64,000 nt of DNA. Source: Pelagomonas calceolata. Its lineage: Eukaryota. The DNA lies in NCBI GenBank assembly GCA_918797485.1, contig CAKKNE010000001.1, positions 3,968,001 to 4,032,000 of the forward strand, read 5' to 3'. The notes beneath the pieces were generated by a model. That model searched no databases. It was not told where the DNA came from and saw nothing but the letters and a program-made list of their open reading frames with translations. Below, in pieces: positions 9,572 to 19,414 of the stretch. How positions within the stretch are numbered: position 1 is the first letter of the stretch; the number at the start of each line of letters is the position of its first letter. The translations under genes were made by a program, and so were the position numbers.

Positions 9572-12500
9572 ATGATTCCCCTGGCTCCTGCATATGTCGA
9601 TCGGTTTCGCGCCTGGTCGCGGGCGGCGCGCAAGCGGCCGGCGATACCGAAACCGCTCCACAACCCCAGCAACCAGTGCTACCAGAACTCCGTGATCCAG
9701 TTGTTGCGAAGCTCGTCGTCACTTGTAGGGATTCTCGGCGACGAAGGTGTCGGCCTCGCTCCACGAACGGCAGAAAATTCAAGGTCGCTACAATTCGCGG
9801 CGGCGTTACGCGACGCGCTACGCTTCGATTCCGATGCTGGGCTCCTTTCTCGAAAGAGCCGGTGGCTGGGCTTTTCTCTGGACCGACAGGACGACGCGCA
9901 TCGGTTCCTCGACGCCGTCCTCGATGCGTCGTCGACCGGTTTTGGCGGCCTCGTCGAAGCCCTATGTGGCACTACCCTTACGAGGACGACGAGGTGCACG
10001 AGAACAAGTTGCCAGCACGAGAGCACGTGTATTACTCCTGCGGAGCTCGGGTTGAGCCTACCAGTCCCTTCGACGGGCAAGCACACGGTCGCCCACCTGC
10101 TCGGCCTCTTCTCGCAGCCCGAAGCAGTGGACGAAGATTACAAGTGCGAGGGCTGTGACCGGTGTGGATGCTGCAGCAGCATACTCGAGTCAATTGGACA
10201 CTCGGAGGTCCTCGTCCTGGCCTTGAAGTTCAACACGAACGACGAAAGGAAGAAGCTTCGGCGGGGACTCATCAAGCTCTCCCAGGGACTCCAGGTGGGG
10301 TCGAGCAACTTCCTGCTTTGTGGTACTGTTGTGCACTTGGGCGGGTACACAGATGCAGGCCACTACATAGCGCGCTGCAAAGGACCGGACAACAAGTGGC
10401 GCGTGTACAACGACGGCGCCCCGGCCGTGGTCTGTTCGTATGCCGACGTGTGCAAGGCCTCTGAAAAGGACGTGTGCTTGCTGTTGTACCAGCGCGCGCG
10501 TCAGGCCGCACTTCCGTCGCTCCAGGCGCCACCCACCAACGGGTGGGCTTCGTTCGGCGACGACGACGACGACGAGAGCGACACGGAGAGCAGTGACAGC
10601 GACGACGAGAACCCGCCGCCGCCGCCGCCGCCGCGCGCCGAAGATGATCGAGGCGGGAAGCGGAGCAAGAAGCGGCCGCGCGTGAACGAGCCGCCGCCGC
10701 CGCCGCCGGACGACGCGCGGCAGCCCTGGTCGCTTTTGCGCGCCCTGTGCGACGAGGATGCGCCGAACGGTGTCGACGCCGACGAGTTCGCGCAAGGAAT
10801 CGAGGATCGCGCCGCGAAGCTCGTCGGGGACTGGCGCCGGCTCGGCCTCGGGGAGCAGCCGGAGCCAGACGAGGCGCGCGGAGGCGACGACGCGTTCTCG
10901 ATCGCGTGCATGTGCGCGCGGGTGGGGCGCCTGGCGCCGGTCCTCGAGATGCTGCTCGACGAAAAGGACGGCCTGGGCTTCGAACCGAACCACGTGACGT
11001 CGTCGGGACGGACGCTTTTACATATAGCGGCCGAGTTCAACAACTTCGCGGCCGTCGCGTGCTTGATCCGTCAAGGTGCGGATCTCATGTTACGCGACGT
11101 CGAGCAGCGCCTCCCGCTACATGTAGCGGCCGCCGAGGCCACTGCGGCCACAGTCATGCTGCTGCTGACGGAAACTGGCGAGGCGGCGAAGACGCTCGAG
11201 CAGGATGGCGACGAGAACACCGCCACTCTGGCGGACGGGTGGCTGCTCAAAGACAAGAGCGACCAGGGCACGCCCGTGGACATCGCGAGAGCGCGCACGG
11301 ACGGCGAGAACGGGCGCTTCGTGTGTGAGGTTCTTGAGAACGGCGAGTGGGACGACGCCTGGTTCCAGGACGTCGAGCGGGACCCGGGCGAGTGCAGCGA
11401 GCGCATCCGCATGATCCTCCGCGGCGAGCTGGTCGACGATTCGGAGGACGAGCGGCGCGGCGGCGACGATGACGATGACGCGGTACGAGGACACGACGAG
11501 GGGCCCGGACAGGGGCGAGGCGCTTCGCCGGAGCGTGACGACGACGACGACAACGTCGAGTCCTCGCAGAAGGATGGCCAGCCGCGGCGCCGGTCGGAGC
11601 GCCTGAAGGCCCTCGAGAGGCGGGCCGAAACCGCCGAGACGAGCGACGACGACTCGAGCGACAAGCCCTTCCGCGCGCCCGACGACGATAATGAGGAGGA
11701 GGAGGAGATCGACGCGAGCGACGGCGACGACGTGGCCCCTACGGCGTCGACCTCGAGATACGGGCGGCAGTCGCTGTTCGACCGCGTTAGGGCGGCGAAA
11801 CGGCGCGGCGACAACGCCGCCCTGGCGAAGCTCATAGGCCCGCTGAGCCCCGAGTACGACGGCTGGACGAAGGGCGATGACCTGCCCGACGGCGACCTCA
11901 AAAAGTGGCTCGAGTTTGGTCACGCGATGGCGAGCGATGCGCTGTCGTACGACCTCGTGCAGCGCCTCGTCGACGCCTGTGTGACGGCGAATGTGCAGCC
12001 TCCTACGCCGTGCGACGAGTACACGCTGGACGACTACGCCCAGATGCTGCGGGCCTGGCGGGAGTCGCTTCATACGCGGTGCCGTTTCAAGCGCGAGGCG
12101 CTCCATCTGCTGGCGAAGAAGGTCGAGACGCTGCTCTCCGACTCGAAACAAGCCATGATAAAGAACGCGACGTCCAAGCCGAACGTCTGCGAGCGTTGTT
12201 TGGGGAGGGCGCAGACGTTGTTGGAGCGCAAGCCCGACGTCGACAAGATCGAGTATGGCAAGCCCCGCGAGCCCCCCTACTTCTGCCTCCGGCGCGGCGG
12301 CGTCGCCGTGGTCTTGAATGATAGACAGCTCGTGCGCGACCACCTCTGGCTCTCCGTCGTCTTCCGCGGGTGGCTCTGCAAACCGTGCAACAACCTGCTC
12401 CGCGACGTCGACACGCGCTCCACCGACGCCTACCGCACGTTCCAGCGCCGCGTCGGCCGAAACTGTCGGACATTCTCACGCTCCGGGGACGCTACCGCGG

Positions 12501-12913
12501 ACGACATCGTCGACGCTCTGCGGGCGGACTACGCCGACTCGTCGACGGGCGCGATGGACTGGGTCGCTTTAGGAAATGACAGCGCCGGCCTCTTTAGGGC
12601 TCCGCCGGAGCTCAACTTCTTCTGGGGGCCGGTGCCGGAGCCGCCGCCGCCGCCGCCGCGCGCGCGCCCGAAGCGCGGCCGCGCCGCTGCGGAGGAGGCG
12701 GCCGCGCCGCCGGTGCGGCGCTCGCGCCCGAGGCGTAGCTGCGCCGCATACGCGGAGGCGGCCGCGCCGCCGCCGCCGCCGCGCTCGCGCCCGAGGCGCG
12801 GCCGCGCCGCCGTGGAGGAGACGGCCGCGCCGCCGGCGCGGCGCTCGCGCCCGAGACGTAGCAGCGCCGCATACACGGAGGCGGCCGCTCCGCCGCCGCG
12901 CCGGCTACAGTAA
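9572..12913 (+). CDS. Ubiquitin-specific protease (C19) + ankyrin repeats + endonuclease VII-like HNH zinc domain + Arg/Pro repeats
   Basis: Cys box HNPSNQCYQNSVIQ, QDDAHRFL, His box HLGGYTDAGHY...WRVYND; ankyrin GRTLLHIAA and RLPLHVAA; CERC...DH...RGWLCKPCN. True 5' end uncertain. Confidence 0.75.
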   Translation: MIPLAPAYVDRFRAWSRAARKRPAIPKPLHNPSNQCYQNSVIQLLRSSSSLVGILGDEGVGLAPRTAENSRSLQFAAALRDALRFDSDAGLLSRKSRWLGFSLDRQDDAHRFLDAVLDASSTGFGGLVEALCGTTLTRTTRCTRTSCQHESTCITPAELGLSLPVPSTGKHTVAHLLGLFSQPEAVDEDYKCEGCDRCGCCSSILESIGHSEVLVLALKFNTNDERKKLRRGLIKLSQGLQVGSSNFLLCGTVVHLGGYTDAGHYIARCKGPDNKWRVYNDGAPAVVCSYADVCKASEKDVCLLLYQRARQAALPSLQAPPTNGWASFGDDDDDESDTESSDSDDENPPPPPPPRAEDDRGGKRSKKRPRVNEPPPPPPDDARQPWSLLRALCDEDAPNGVDADEFAQGIEDRAAKLVGDWRRLGLGEQPEPDEARGGDDAFSIACMCARVGRLAPVLEMLLDEKDGLGFEPNHVTSSGRTLLHIAAEFNNFAAVACLIRQGADLMLRDVEQRLPLHVAAAEATAATVMLLLTETGEAAKTLEQDGDENTATLADGWLLKDKSDQGTPVDIARARTDGENGRFVCEVLENGEWDDAWFQDVERDPGECSERIRMILRGELVDDSEDERRGGDDDDDAVRGHDEGPGQGRGASPERDDDDDNVESSQKDGQPRRRSERLKALERRAETAETSDDDSSDKPFRAPDDDNEEEEEIDASDGDDVAPTASTSRYGRQSLFDRVRAAKRRGDNAALAKLIGPLSPEYDGWTKGDDLPDGDLKKWLEFGHAMASDALSYDLVQRLVDACVTANVQPPTPCDEYTLDDYAQMLRAWRESLHTRCRFKREALHLLAKKVETLLSDSKQAMIKNATSKPNVCERCLGRAQTLLERKPDVDKIEYGKPREPPYFCLRRGGVAVVLNDRQLVRDHLWLSVVFRGWLCKPCNNLLRDVDTRSTDAYRTFQRRVGRNCRTFSRSGDATADDIVDALRADYADSSTGAMDWVALGNDSAGLFRAPPELNFFWGPVPEPPPPPPRARPKRGRAAAEEAAAPPVRRSRPRRSCAAYAEAAAPPPPPRSRPRRGRAAVEETAAPPARRSRPRRSSAAYTEAAAPPPRRLQ
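12644..12900 (+). repeat. Coding tandem repeat, two ~123-bp units each made of two ~60-bp subunits
   Basis: PPPPPRARPKRGRAAAEEAAAPPVRRSRPRRSCAAYAEAAA repeated near-identically. Confidence 0.8.
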
Positions 12914-12968
12914 CTTCGGCGTCCGCGTGGCGATCGACGGCGACACAGCCGTGGTCGGGGCAACCGGC
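12911..12968 (+). pseudogene. Isolated FG-GAP repeat fragment
   Basis: Translates NFGVRVAIDGDTAVVGATG in a different frame, starting at the USP stop codon. Confidence 0.55.
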
Positions 12969-13182
12969 TAGCTAGAAGACGCTCCGCGCGTAAGAGAGAA
13001 CTACAGAACAAAATACACAACAAAACCTAGACAAAACCATGACATGACTCAGCGGAGCGCGGACGCGGGCGCGTGACCATGAAGATGCGGCTCGGCACCG
13101 ACAGGCTTCCGAGGTGTCGAAGAGCGTGGTCGTCATTTTTGATAGCCGGAAAACTCTAGCGTGTGTGGCTTGGCAATAATTA

Positions 13183-13206
13183 GCTAGCGTCACTTTAACA
13201 CTAGCA
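13183..13206 (+). promoter_or_regulatory. Two-CTAG element copy (GCTAGCGTCACTTTAACACTAGCA)
   Basis: ~150 bp upstream of ATG 13355. Confidence 0.6.
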
Positions 13207-13354
13207 AACCGCGCGCGTCTCTATTTTGCCACCATACAAGCCACATAGCTCCTCATTTGCTCAGCGGCGCTGTGAGAGGACTCCCAGCTATCCCACCTCT
13301 CGCAAATTGCTACCAGTTTGCACGTAACGGCGCGTCATTTCAAACGCCAGCACC

Positions 13355-13999
13355 ATGGTCTCGCCGCGCCGCCCGCGCAAGTCCAACGACAAGAAAGTTG
13401 ATTATGCCGCCATGTGTGATTCGGGGGATGAAGAAGCGTCGGCCCAGGACGAGCCCATGGAGGAAGAGGAGGAGGAGGAGAGCAGCGCCTCGGACAGTGA
13501 GTTAGAGGACGACGAGGACGACGACGAGGAGCTGCCAGGGGAGGACGAGGACGAGCCCATGGATGATGTATTAGAGGAGTCCTCGAACGACAGCTCGCGC
13601 CGCAAGAAGACGCCGAAGAAGAAGCCCGCGCCGAAGCCCAAGAAGACGACCGCCTCCAAAAAACCCGCGCCGCGGCCCGTCGAGGCCGACGACGACGCCG
13701 AGGTCGACGAGGAGCCGCCGGCGCCCATCGGGAGCGTGCCCGTCGTCGCGCCGGGCGAGGACATCTTCCGCGCCGCCGCTCGTAAAGTCTTCACGCAGCA
13801 CGCGCCTTGGGTGCTCGAGAAGGCGGACGCGTGGCGCGCGACGCCCATGTATAGAGCTGAGCTCGCCGAGCAGGCCGCCTACGAGGCGGAGGAGCGCGAG
13901 AAGGCCGAGAAGAAGGCTGCCAAGAAAAGAGGTGCTAGCGAGAAGAAGTCGCCGGCGAAGAAGTCCAAGAAGAAGGAGGTCGAGGTGGGGGACTACTGA
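13355..13999 (+). CDS. Low-complexity acidic/Lys-rich probable nuclear protein
   Basis: 214-aa ORF, ACCATGG start, D/E tract and K-rich segments. Confidence 0.7.
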   Translation: MVSPRRPRKSNDKKVDYAAMCDSGDEEASAQDEPMEEEEEEESSASDSELEDDEDDDEELPGEDEDEPMDDVLEESSNDSSRRKKTPKKKPAPKPKKTTASKKPAPRPVEADDDAEVDEEPPAPIGSVPVVAPGEDIFRAAARKVFTQHAPWVLEKADAWRATPMYRAELAEQAAYEAEEREKAEKKAAKKRGASEKKSPAKKSKKKEVEVGDY

Positions 14000-14536
14000 G
14001 GGGGTCGGGGCGTAAGGGAGGCTTATGTGCTCGGGCTTGTCGCTTCGACTGCGTGCAGTGAATAGGGTTGGTGGCCTCTGGGGATACCGCGTTTTGTACC
14101 ATGGACAGGATCTGGAAAAGCAGGCGCATATGTCCTAGGGTCCCAATTGAGCTTGCTTATCTGGGTTCGGGGAGGCCGCCCCGCCGACGCGGCGGCCGGC
14201 GCGCGCGGCTCCCACCGCAATCCATTCCTCCGAAGTTCGTCCGCCGCGGCAAAAACCGCTCGCCGCGACGAGGAACCGAGGCCCGCCGCTTTTTTAAACG
14301 CAACCCGCACCGCTAACTAAGGCATACAAAAGTTACGAGAGTTTCAGGGACGAAACGCGTCCTGGGCCTGAGGCGAAACCAAAGATTTTACGAGCCACCG
14401 GGCGCACCAGCGCTGCCGCGGGGCCGCGGCCGAAGTCATATAAGCTAACCCGCCGCGCGGGGCAGCCCCGGCGTGCCGCGTAGGGCAGCCACAAAAAAAG
14501 TTTCGCCCCAGCAGCATCTTTGCGCTCCCAAGAGCG

Positions 14537-15454
14537 ATGGCCGACCCGGCCGAGCCCGCGACGGACGCCAAGCCCGCGGCCCACGAGCTCCTGGGGGCGC
14601 TCCAGGACGAGGGCGTCGCGGCGCTGGCGGCCGCGGCATCGGAAGAAAAACGCGCGTCGCCCGTGCGTCGCGCCTGGTCGCGGGAAGAGGACGCCGCCAT
14701 CGTTAAATTAGTGGAGAGGCACGGCACGAAGCTCTGGGCGTTGATTAGTCAAGAGCTCAACACGCAGATAAGTGGGAACAGGACGGGCAAGCAGTGCCGC
14801 ACGAGGTGGCTCAATCATTTGGACCCGAGGATAAAGCGCGACCCCTGGTCGCCGCAGGAAGAGCGCACGATCTATGACGCCCAAAGGCAATTAGGCAACA
14901 AGTGGGCGGAGATCGCCAAGTTGTTACCGGGTCGCACGGACAACGCCGTGAAGAACTACTGGTACTCTTCCGTGAGGAAAAATCAGAGAAGGTGGCAGAA
15001 GGACTGCCAGGATGGCCGGCCGCCGCCCGGTGCGTTAGTGGCCCAGACGCCCACGGGGCCCATCGTCGCGGCCCCACCACCCACCGACGCGAAAAGCGCA
15101 CCACCACAACCCCAGCCGCCGGCGGGACCCTTCTTCGTCGTGCCCTACGCCGTGCCCATCCCGGGCCAGCCCAACGCCGCGCCGCCGCCTCCCCAAGGAT
15201 TGATCCCGTCGCCGGGCGGAGTGGTACCGCCCGGCTACGTCGTGCGGCAGATGCCGCAGGGCTACTACGTGGCCACGCCGCCGAACTTGGCCTACGCGCC
15301 GGGGTCGCCTTCTGGAACGGCGGCGCTCGGGAGCCCGGTCGCCGCCGCTGCTTTGGGCAGCCCGGTCCCGGCGCCCGTCGCCGCGGCCCTGGGAGCCCTG
15401 GGGGGGAGCCCCGTCCAACCGCCGGCCAAAAAACCGAAGACCGAACATGTGTAA
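14537..15454 (+). CDS. R2R3-MYB transcription factor
   Basis: WSREED...[16 protein letters not shown]...WSPQEE...[23 protein letters not shown]; Pro-rich tail. Confidence 0.93.
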   Translation: MADPAEPATDAKPAAHELLGALQDEGVAALAAAASEEKRASPVRRAWSREEDAAIVKLVERHGTKLWALISQELNTQISGNRTGKQCRTRWLNHLDPRIKRDPWSPQEERTIYDAQRQLGNKWAEIAKLLPGRTDNAVKNYWYSSVRKNQRRWQKDCQDGRPPPGALVAQTPTGPIVAAPPPTDAKSAPPQPQPPAGPFFVVPYAVPIPGQPNAAPPPPQGLIPSPGGVVPPGYVVRQMPQGYYVATPPNLAYAPGSPSGTAALGSPVAAAALGSPVPAPVAAALGALGGSPVQPPAKKPKTEHV

Positions 15455-15458
15455 GCTA

Positions 15459-16625
15459 CTATTTCTTAGTCAGCTTGTCGAGGGGCCCGTCCTTCGGTTC
15501 CGTTAGCGCATCGCCGGCCCACTTCGCAAGGCCCAGGAGAGCGCCAATCCCCAACACGACCCCCAAATTCTGCTTCATGTACTCCGCGCCGGCCACCGTC
15601 ACGCCCGTGAAGCCCGCCGCCAAACCAGCACCTTCCGCCGCGCCCAGCGCCGCCTTGGCGCCGGCGCTGTCGAGCACTGGGGTTATTTTGGCCGCCAAGG
15701 CTGTGGTGGACTCGCCGGCGCCAGCTAATTTACCGGTGGTCTCCGCAAAGAGTCCCGCCTTCGAGGCGACACCTTCAGCGACGCCCGACGCTGCCAAACC
15801 TTTGCCGAGTTTTGTGAAGCCCTCGGGCGCAACTTTCACCGCTTTAGTCGCGGCGTCGGCGTTCGTGGCGAGGCCCTTGGCGATTTTTGTTGAAGTGGGA
15901 GAGCCGGCTACTTTGGCGACTTTCGTGACGGCCTCGGCGGGCGCCTTCGACGCGAGGCGCGCCGCGTCGCTTTGAGCCGCCGCCTTGGCGCTCTTCAGCG
16001 CGACGTCGGACTGGGCGGCGAGGCCCTTGCCCACCTTCGTGACGGCCTCTGGTGCTTGTTTAGCCGCTTTGGAAACTACTTTGGTCGCGCCGCGCGTGGC
16101 CACACCAGTAGAGGAGTCCCCGAACACGGACGCGCCGAGCCCGGCGAGCGCGCCGGCGCCGGCACCGATGCCCTCGCCGGCGCCCGACCCCGCGGTCGCA
16201 TCCACCAACGTCGTCGACGCGACGGCGGCGGCGCCCGCCGCGGCGGCCGCGGCGTCGGCCGCGCCCGACGTCGCCGCGGCGGTGACCGCCTCCGTCGCGA
16301 CGGGCGCCGCGGCCGCGACGCTGGCCGCGGCGTCCGCGGCCGTCGAGTAGATGACCGTGTCGGCGACCGTCGCGGTCGCCGCGGAGTACGTCGTGATGAG
16401 GTCGGCGGCCCCGCCCACGGCCGCGCCGTCGAGCAGCGGGTCCGCCAGCAGCACGGCGCCGCCCGCCGCGCCCGCCGTCGCCAAGGCCGCGACGATCGTC
16501 GCGTTGATGTCCTGCTGCGGTTCTTCGGGTGCTGCGAAGCGTCTCGTGCTGCTGCGGAGTGTCTGTGGCCTCCGATACGTCTGTAAGGCGGCGCAGCCCA
16601 CGAGTGCTAAGGCAATGCGAGCCAT
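15459..16625 (-). CDS. Ala/Lys-rich membrane protein, probably plastid-targeted
   Basis: Signal plus transit-like N-terminus MARIALALVGCAALQTYRRPQTLRSSTRRFAA; hydrophobic C-terminal segments. Confidence 0.7.
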   Translation of the reverse strand: MARIALALVGCAALQTYRRPQTLRSSTRRFAAPEEPQQDINATIVAALATAGAAGGAVLLADPLLDGAAVGGAADLITTYSAATATVADTVIYSTAADAAASVAAAAPVATEAVTAAATSGAADAAAAAAGAAAVASTTLVDATAGSGAGEGIGAGAGALAGLGASVFGDSSTGVATRGATKVVSKAAKQAPEAVTKVGKGLAAQSDVALKSAKAAAQSDAARLASKAPAEAVTKVAKVAGSPTSTKIAKGLATNADAATKAVKVAPEGFTKLGKGLAASGVAEGVASKAGLFAETTGKLAGAGESTTALAAKITPVLDSAGAKAALGAAEGAGLAAGFTGVTVAGAEYMKQNLGVVLGIGALLGLAKWAGDALTEPKDGPLDKLTKK

Positions 16626-16778
16626 GACAGCCTCACACAGCCTCCAGTTGTAAGCAAACAAGGGGGATCCGGCAGGGCGTCCTTGCGCGCTGCGTCTAAA
16701 AGCCAATGAAACTGCCGAAGCCACAACGATGTCGCAGCGATGCGTGCGCACGCCGTGTGATTTGCTCTTGATGTCGAG

Positions 16779-16802
16779 TGCTAGTGCCTCACAGCCGCTA
16801 GC
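16779..16802 (-). promoter_or_regulatory. Two-CTAG element copy (GCTAGCGGCTGTGAGGCACTAGCA)
   Basis: Between divergent genes 16625(-) and 17113(+). Confidence 0.65.
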
Positions 16803-17112
16803 GTCCGAATTTCGACGAGTCGTCCGAACCAGTCAAAACCTCCCGGACCTCTCCGGGGCAGGGGCAGGCGCTGCGGCGTCTTGATCACGAGCCGGCCGGC
16901 AGGTGGTTGCCCAGCGCGTTGTTATCGTAACGAGCTACGCGCGAGAGCATCCAGCGGGCCGCTGGAACGGTTCACACAAGCAGCCGTCGCCGAACGCCAC
17001 ACGCGGCCTCACGCCAACGCCGCGCGTTCGACGCAAGGCTGCCCCAGCACCACCCACCGGCAGGGCTGCCCCAACCCGCCGACGTGCGGCAAGGACTCCT
17101 CATAAGTAAACC

Positions 17113-17514
17113 ATGGGCAAGGGCGCCGGCAAGGGCCGGGGCAAGAAGAAGGAGCCCGAGCCAGAGGACACGGGACCGCCGCCGCCCCCGCCCGACCTAA
17201 ATAACTACGTCGCGCTCTCCTTGAAACTCATGAACTGGAAGTTCATGGACGACTCCACGATCGTGACGGACGAGACGCACCTGTTCACGATCAAAAAACG
17301 GCTCGAGGCGAAGCATGGCCGCATGAAGCAACTGGTCATTTGCAAGGATAGCTATGCGGAGCGGAACGAGTTAAGGGACGACATGAAGACGCTGAAGGAG
17401 TACGGGATCCTCGGGGCGCAGAAGCCGAACGAGCCGGCGCCCATCACGCTGTTCTACGAGTTCAAGCCGCTCGACCACGACAATCCACTCTTATATAATA
17501 TGGAGGCGGACTAA
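17113..17514 (+). CDS. Small protein with probable ubiquitin-like fold
   Basis: ACCATGG start; Lys-rich N-terminus, then globular domain (FTIKKRL...KTLKEYGI). Confidence 0.7.
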   Translation: MGKGAGKGRGKKKEPEPEDTGPPPPPPDLNNYVALSLKLMNWKFMDDSTIVTDETHLFTIKKRLEAKHGRMKQLVICKDSYAERNELRDDMKTLKEYGILGAQKPNEPAPITLFYEFKPLDHDNPLLYNMEAD

Positions 17515-17580
17515 GTTTTTGTGTCTCTGAGGGTGTTTTCGGGCGCGGCGGCGGCGTGGGAGCCTTGCGCGTGCCATTGG

Positions 17581-17603
17581 CTCTAGTATGTCGGTACGCT
17601 AGC
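17581..17603 (-). promoter_or_regulatory. Two-CTAG element copy (GCTAGCGTACCGACATACTAGAG)
   Basis: ~145 bp upstream of the Rab ATG; near-identical to the copy at 63105. Confidence 0.55.
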
Positions 17604-17746
17604 TCCGAGCTTTGGCTCCTCATTAACTTTGGCATTAGTGCTCGCTTCTGCCTCGAAGCTTGCTCACGAATTGTCGAAAGACACTGCTTGTCGGTGCCGA
17701 TCGCTGCAAACGCTTGCAGAGACGAGTAAATCAATCATAAGCAGCA

Positions 17747-18529
17747 ATGTCCCAGCAGGCTGATTTTGAGGAGACCGCCGCGACGGAGGCGCAGGACTCG
17801 TCGACGGAGGCACCACGTGCGCAAGAGGCACTGCCGGACGCCTTCGACGAGACCGCCGCCGTCCCCGAGCAGCCGCCGGCGCCGCGGCCCATCGCGACGC
17901 AGCGGGGCTCGACGACGACGATGCTGAAATGCGTGGTCCTGGGGTCGAGCAACGTCGGCAAGAGTTCGCTGTTGGAACGCTACACGAAGAATAGTTTTCG
18001 GCCCGAGCGGCGGGTCACGCTGGGTGCCGATTTCGCCTCGAAGGTCATCGAGGTCGGGGAAGAGCGCGTCCGCCTAGTCATCTGGGACACGGCGGGGCAG
18101 GAGCGGTTCCACCACGGCACGATCGGCGGCGCATTTTATAGGGGTGCTGATGGTGCCTTGCTTGTGTACGACACCACGGACTTCGCGACCTTCGCCCAGG
18201 TCGAATTATGGAGACGCGAGCTCCTTCAGCGCGTCGACGGACCGGAGGCGTTTCCGATCGTGTGCGTGGGCAACAAGATGGACCTGCCCTGTCCGACACG
18301 CAGTGATGATGAAAAAGCGGCCGAGGCCTGGTGCGCGGCGCACGGCGTCGGGCTCCTCTTCGCGTCGGCCTGCGACGGCACGGGCGTTGCCGTGGCCATG
18401 GAGGCCGTCGCCGCGCTCGCGTTGGAGAACAAGAAGCGGCGGCAGGCCCTTGGCGTGACGAAGCCGCCGTCGCTGTCGCTCGACGACCTCCACGCGCGCG
18501 AGAAGCGGGGATCGTCAAATTGTTGTTAA
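17747..18529 (+). CDS. Rab GTPase, Rab7-like
   Basis: GSSNVGKS, TLGADF, WDTAGQERF, AFYRGAD, GNKMD, C-terminal CC. Confidence 0.9.
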   Translation: MSQQADFEETAATEAQDSSTEAPRAQEALPDAFDETAAVPEQPPAPRPIATQRGSTTTMLKCVVLGSSNVGKSSLLERYTKNSFRPERRVTLGADFASKVIEVGEERVRLVIWDTAGQERFHHGTIGGAFYRGADGALLVYDTTDFATFAQVELWRRELLQRVDGPEAFPIVCVGNKMDLPCPTRSDDEKAAEAWCAAHGVGLLFASACDGTGVAVAMEAVAALALENKKRRQALGVTKPPSLSLDDLHAREKRGSSNCC

Positions 18530-18531
18530 TA

Positions 18532-19092
18532 TTACTGTTTACAAAGTACACGAATCGCCTCTTCCACGTGGGCGTCCTGGAGGCCGGCTGTCGAGTCGAT
18601 TGTTGAGACTCGATCGACGAACAGCGCTCGGCGCTCGGCGCACTCCTCGCCTCCCACAAGCTCCTCGTCGTCGAGCGCGACCCAGCGTCGCGCGGGGCGC
18701 TTCTCGAGGTGGCGCGCGATCTCCCACTGGCGCACGCTGTGGTAGTTTATATCTGTGGTTGGCAGCGGCACTTTCTCAGAAAGCGGCGGCCCGAAGGCGC
18801 GGAACCGTCGTTCAACAACGGCGACGGCGTCCGCGCGGGCGCGCCACGACGACGAGAGTATGATCGTGGCATCGGTGGCGGCGACGATCGCGGCCAGGCG
18901 CTCGACGCAGCGCTCATCGAAGGGCGCGAACGCGGCGTCGGCGTCGAGCTTCGCCACGCGTTGCGTCGGCGGCCCCGGCGGGGCGCGGCCGCCGAAGGGC
19001 GCCAGGACGCCGTCGATGTCGAGGAAGATGAGCGGTTGTTCTGTGGCGGCTGGCTCCGGTTCTTGGCGCTTTTGTTTCTTCTTCTTGGCCAT
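18532..19092 (-). CDS. HAD-superfamily protein (Swiss-Army-Knife RNA-repair HAD type)
   Basis: IFLDIDGVL, IILSSSWR, WVALDD. Confidence 0.8.
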   Translation of the reverse strand: MAKKKKQKRQEPEPAATEQPLIFLDIDGVLAPFGGRAPPGPPTQRVAKLDADAAFAPFDERCVERLAAIVAATDATIILSSSWRARADAVAVVERRFRAFGPPLSEKVPLPTTDINYHSVRQWEIARHLEKRPARRWVALDDEELVGGEECAERRALFVDRVSTIDSTAGLQDAHVEEAIRVLCKQ

Positions 19093-19236
19093 AGCACAGC
19101 ACAGCTCAGCGTCAGCGGCACCTCAGCGTCGCATCGATCGGATTCAGCGATAAAATGATAAATGCTGCCTCCAGCCAGCCGTTGGAATAGTCTGGGCAGC
19201 GTCGCATGGCAAAAAACCGAGCAAAAGCCACAGAGG

Positions 19237-19261
19237 GCTAGCGGGCTGTAAGGCACTAGCA
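19237..19261 (+). promoter_or_regulatory. Two-CTAG element copy (GCTAGCGGGCTGTAAGGCACTAGCA)
   Basis: ~145 bp upstream of minus-strand ATG 19092. Confidence 0.65.
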
Positions 19262-19414
19262 AGCAAAGAAACTCACCACAGCTCCCAAAGCACCGTAACA
19301 ATATTTAACATCTCCCAAAGCAGCCCCCGCCACGCCATCGACGCGTTGCATTTCGCGCGACTTGCCGCCTCAACCCGTCACACGACTAGAGACGAGGAAG
19401 TACTACAAAGGAAG

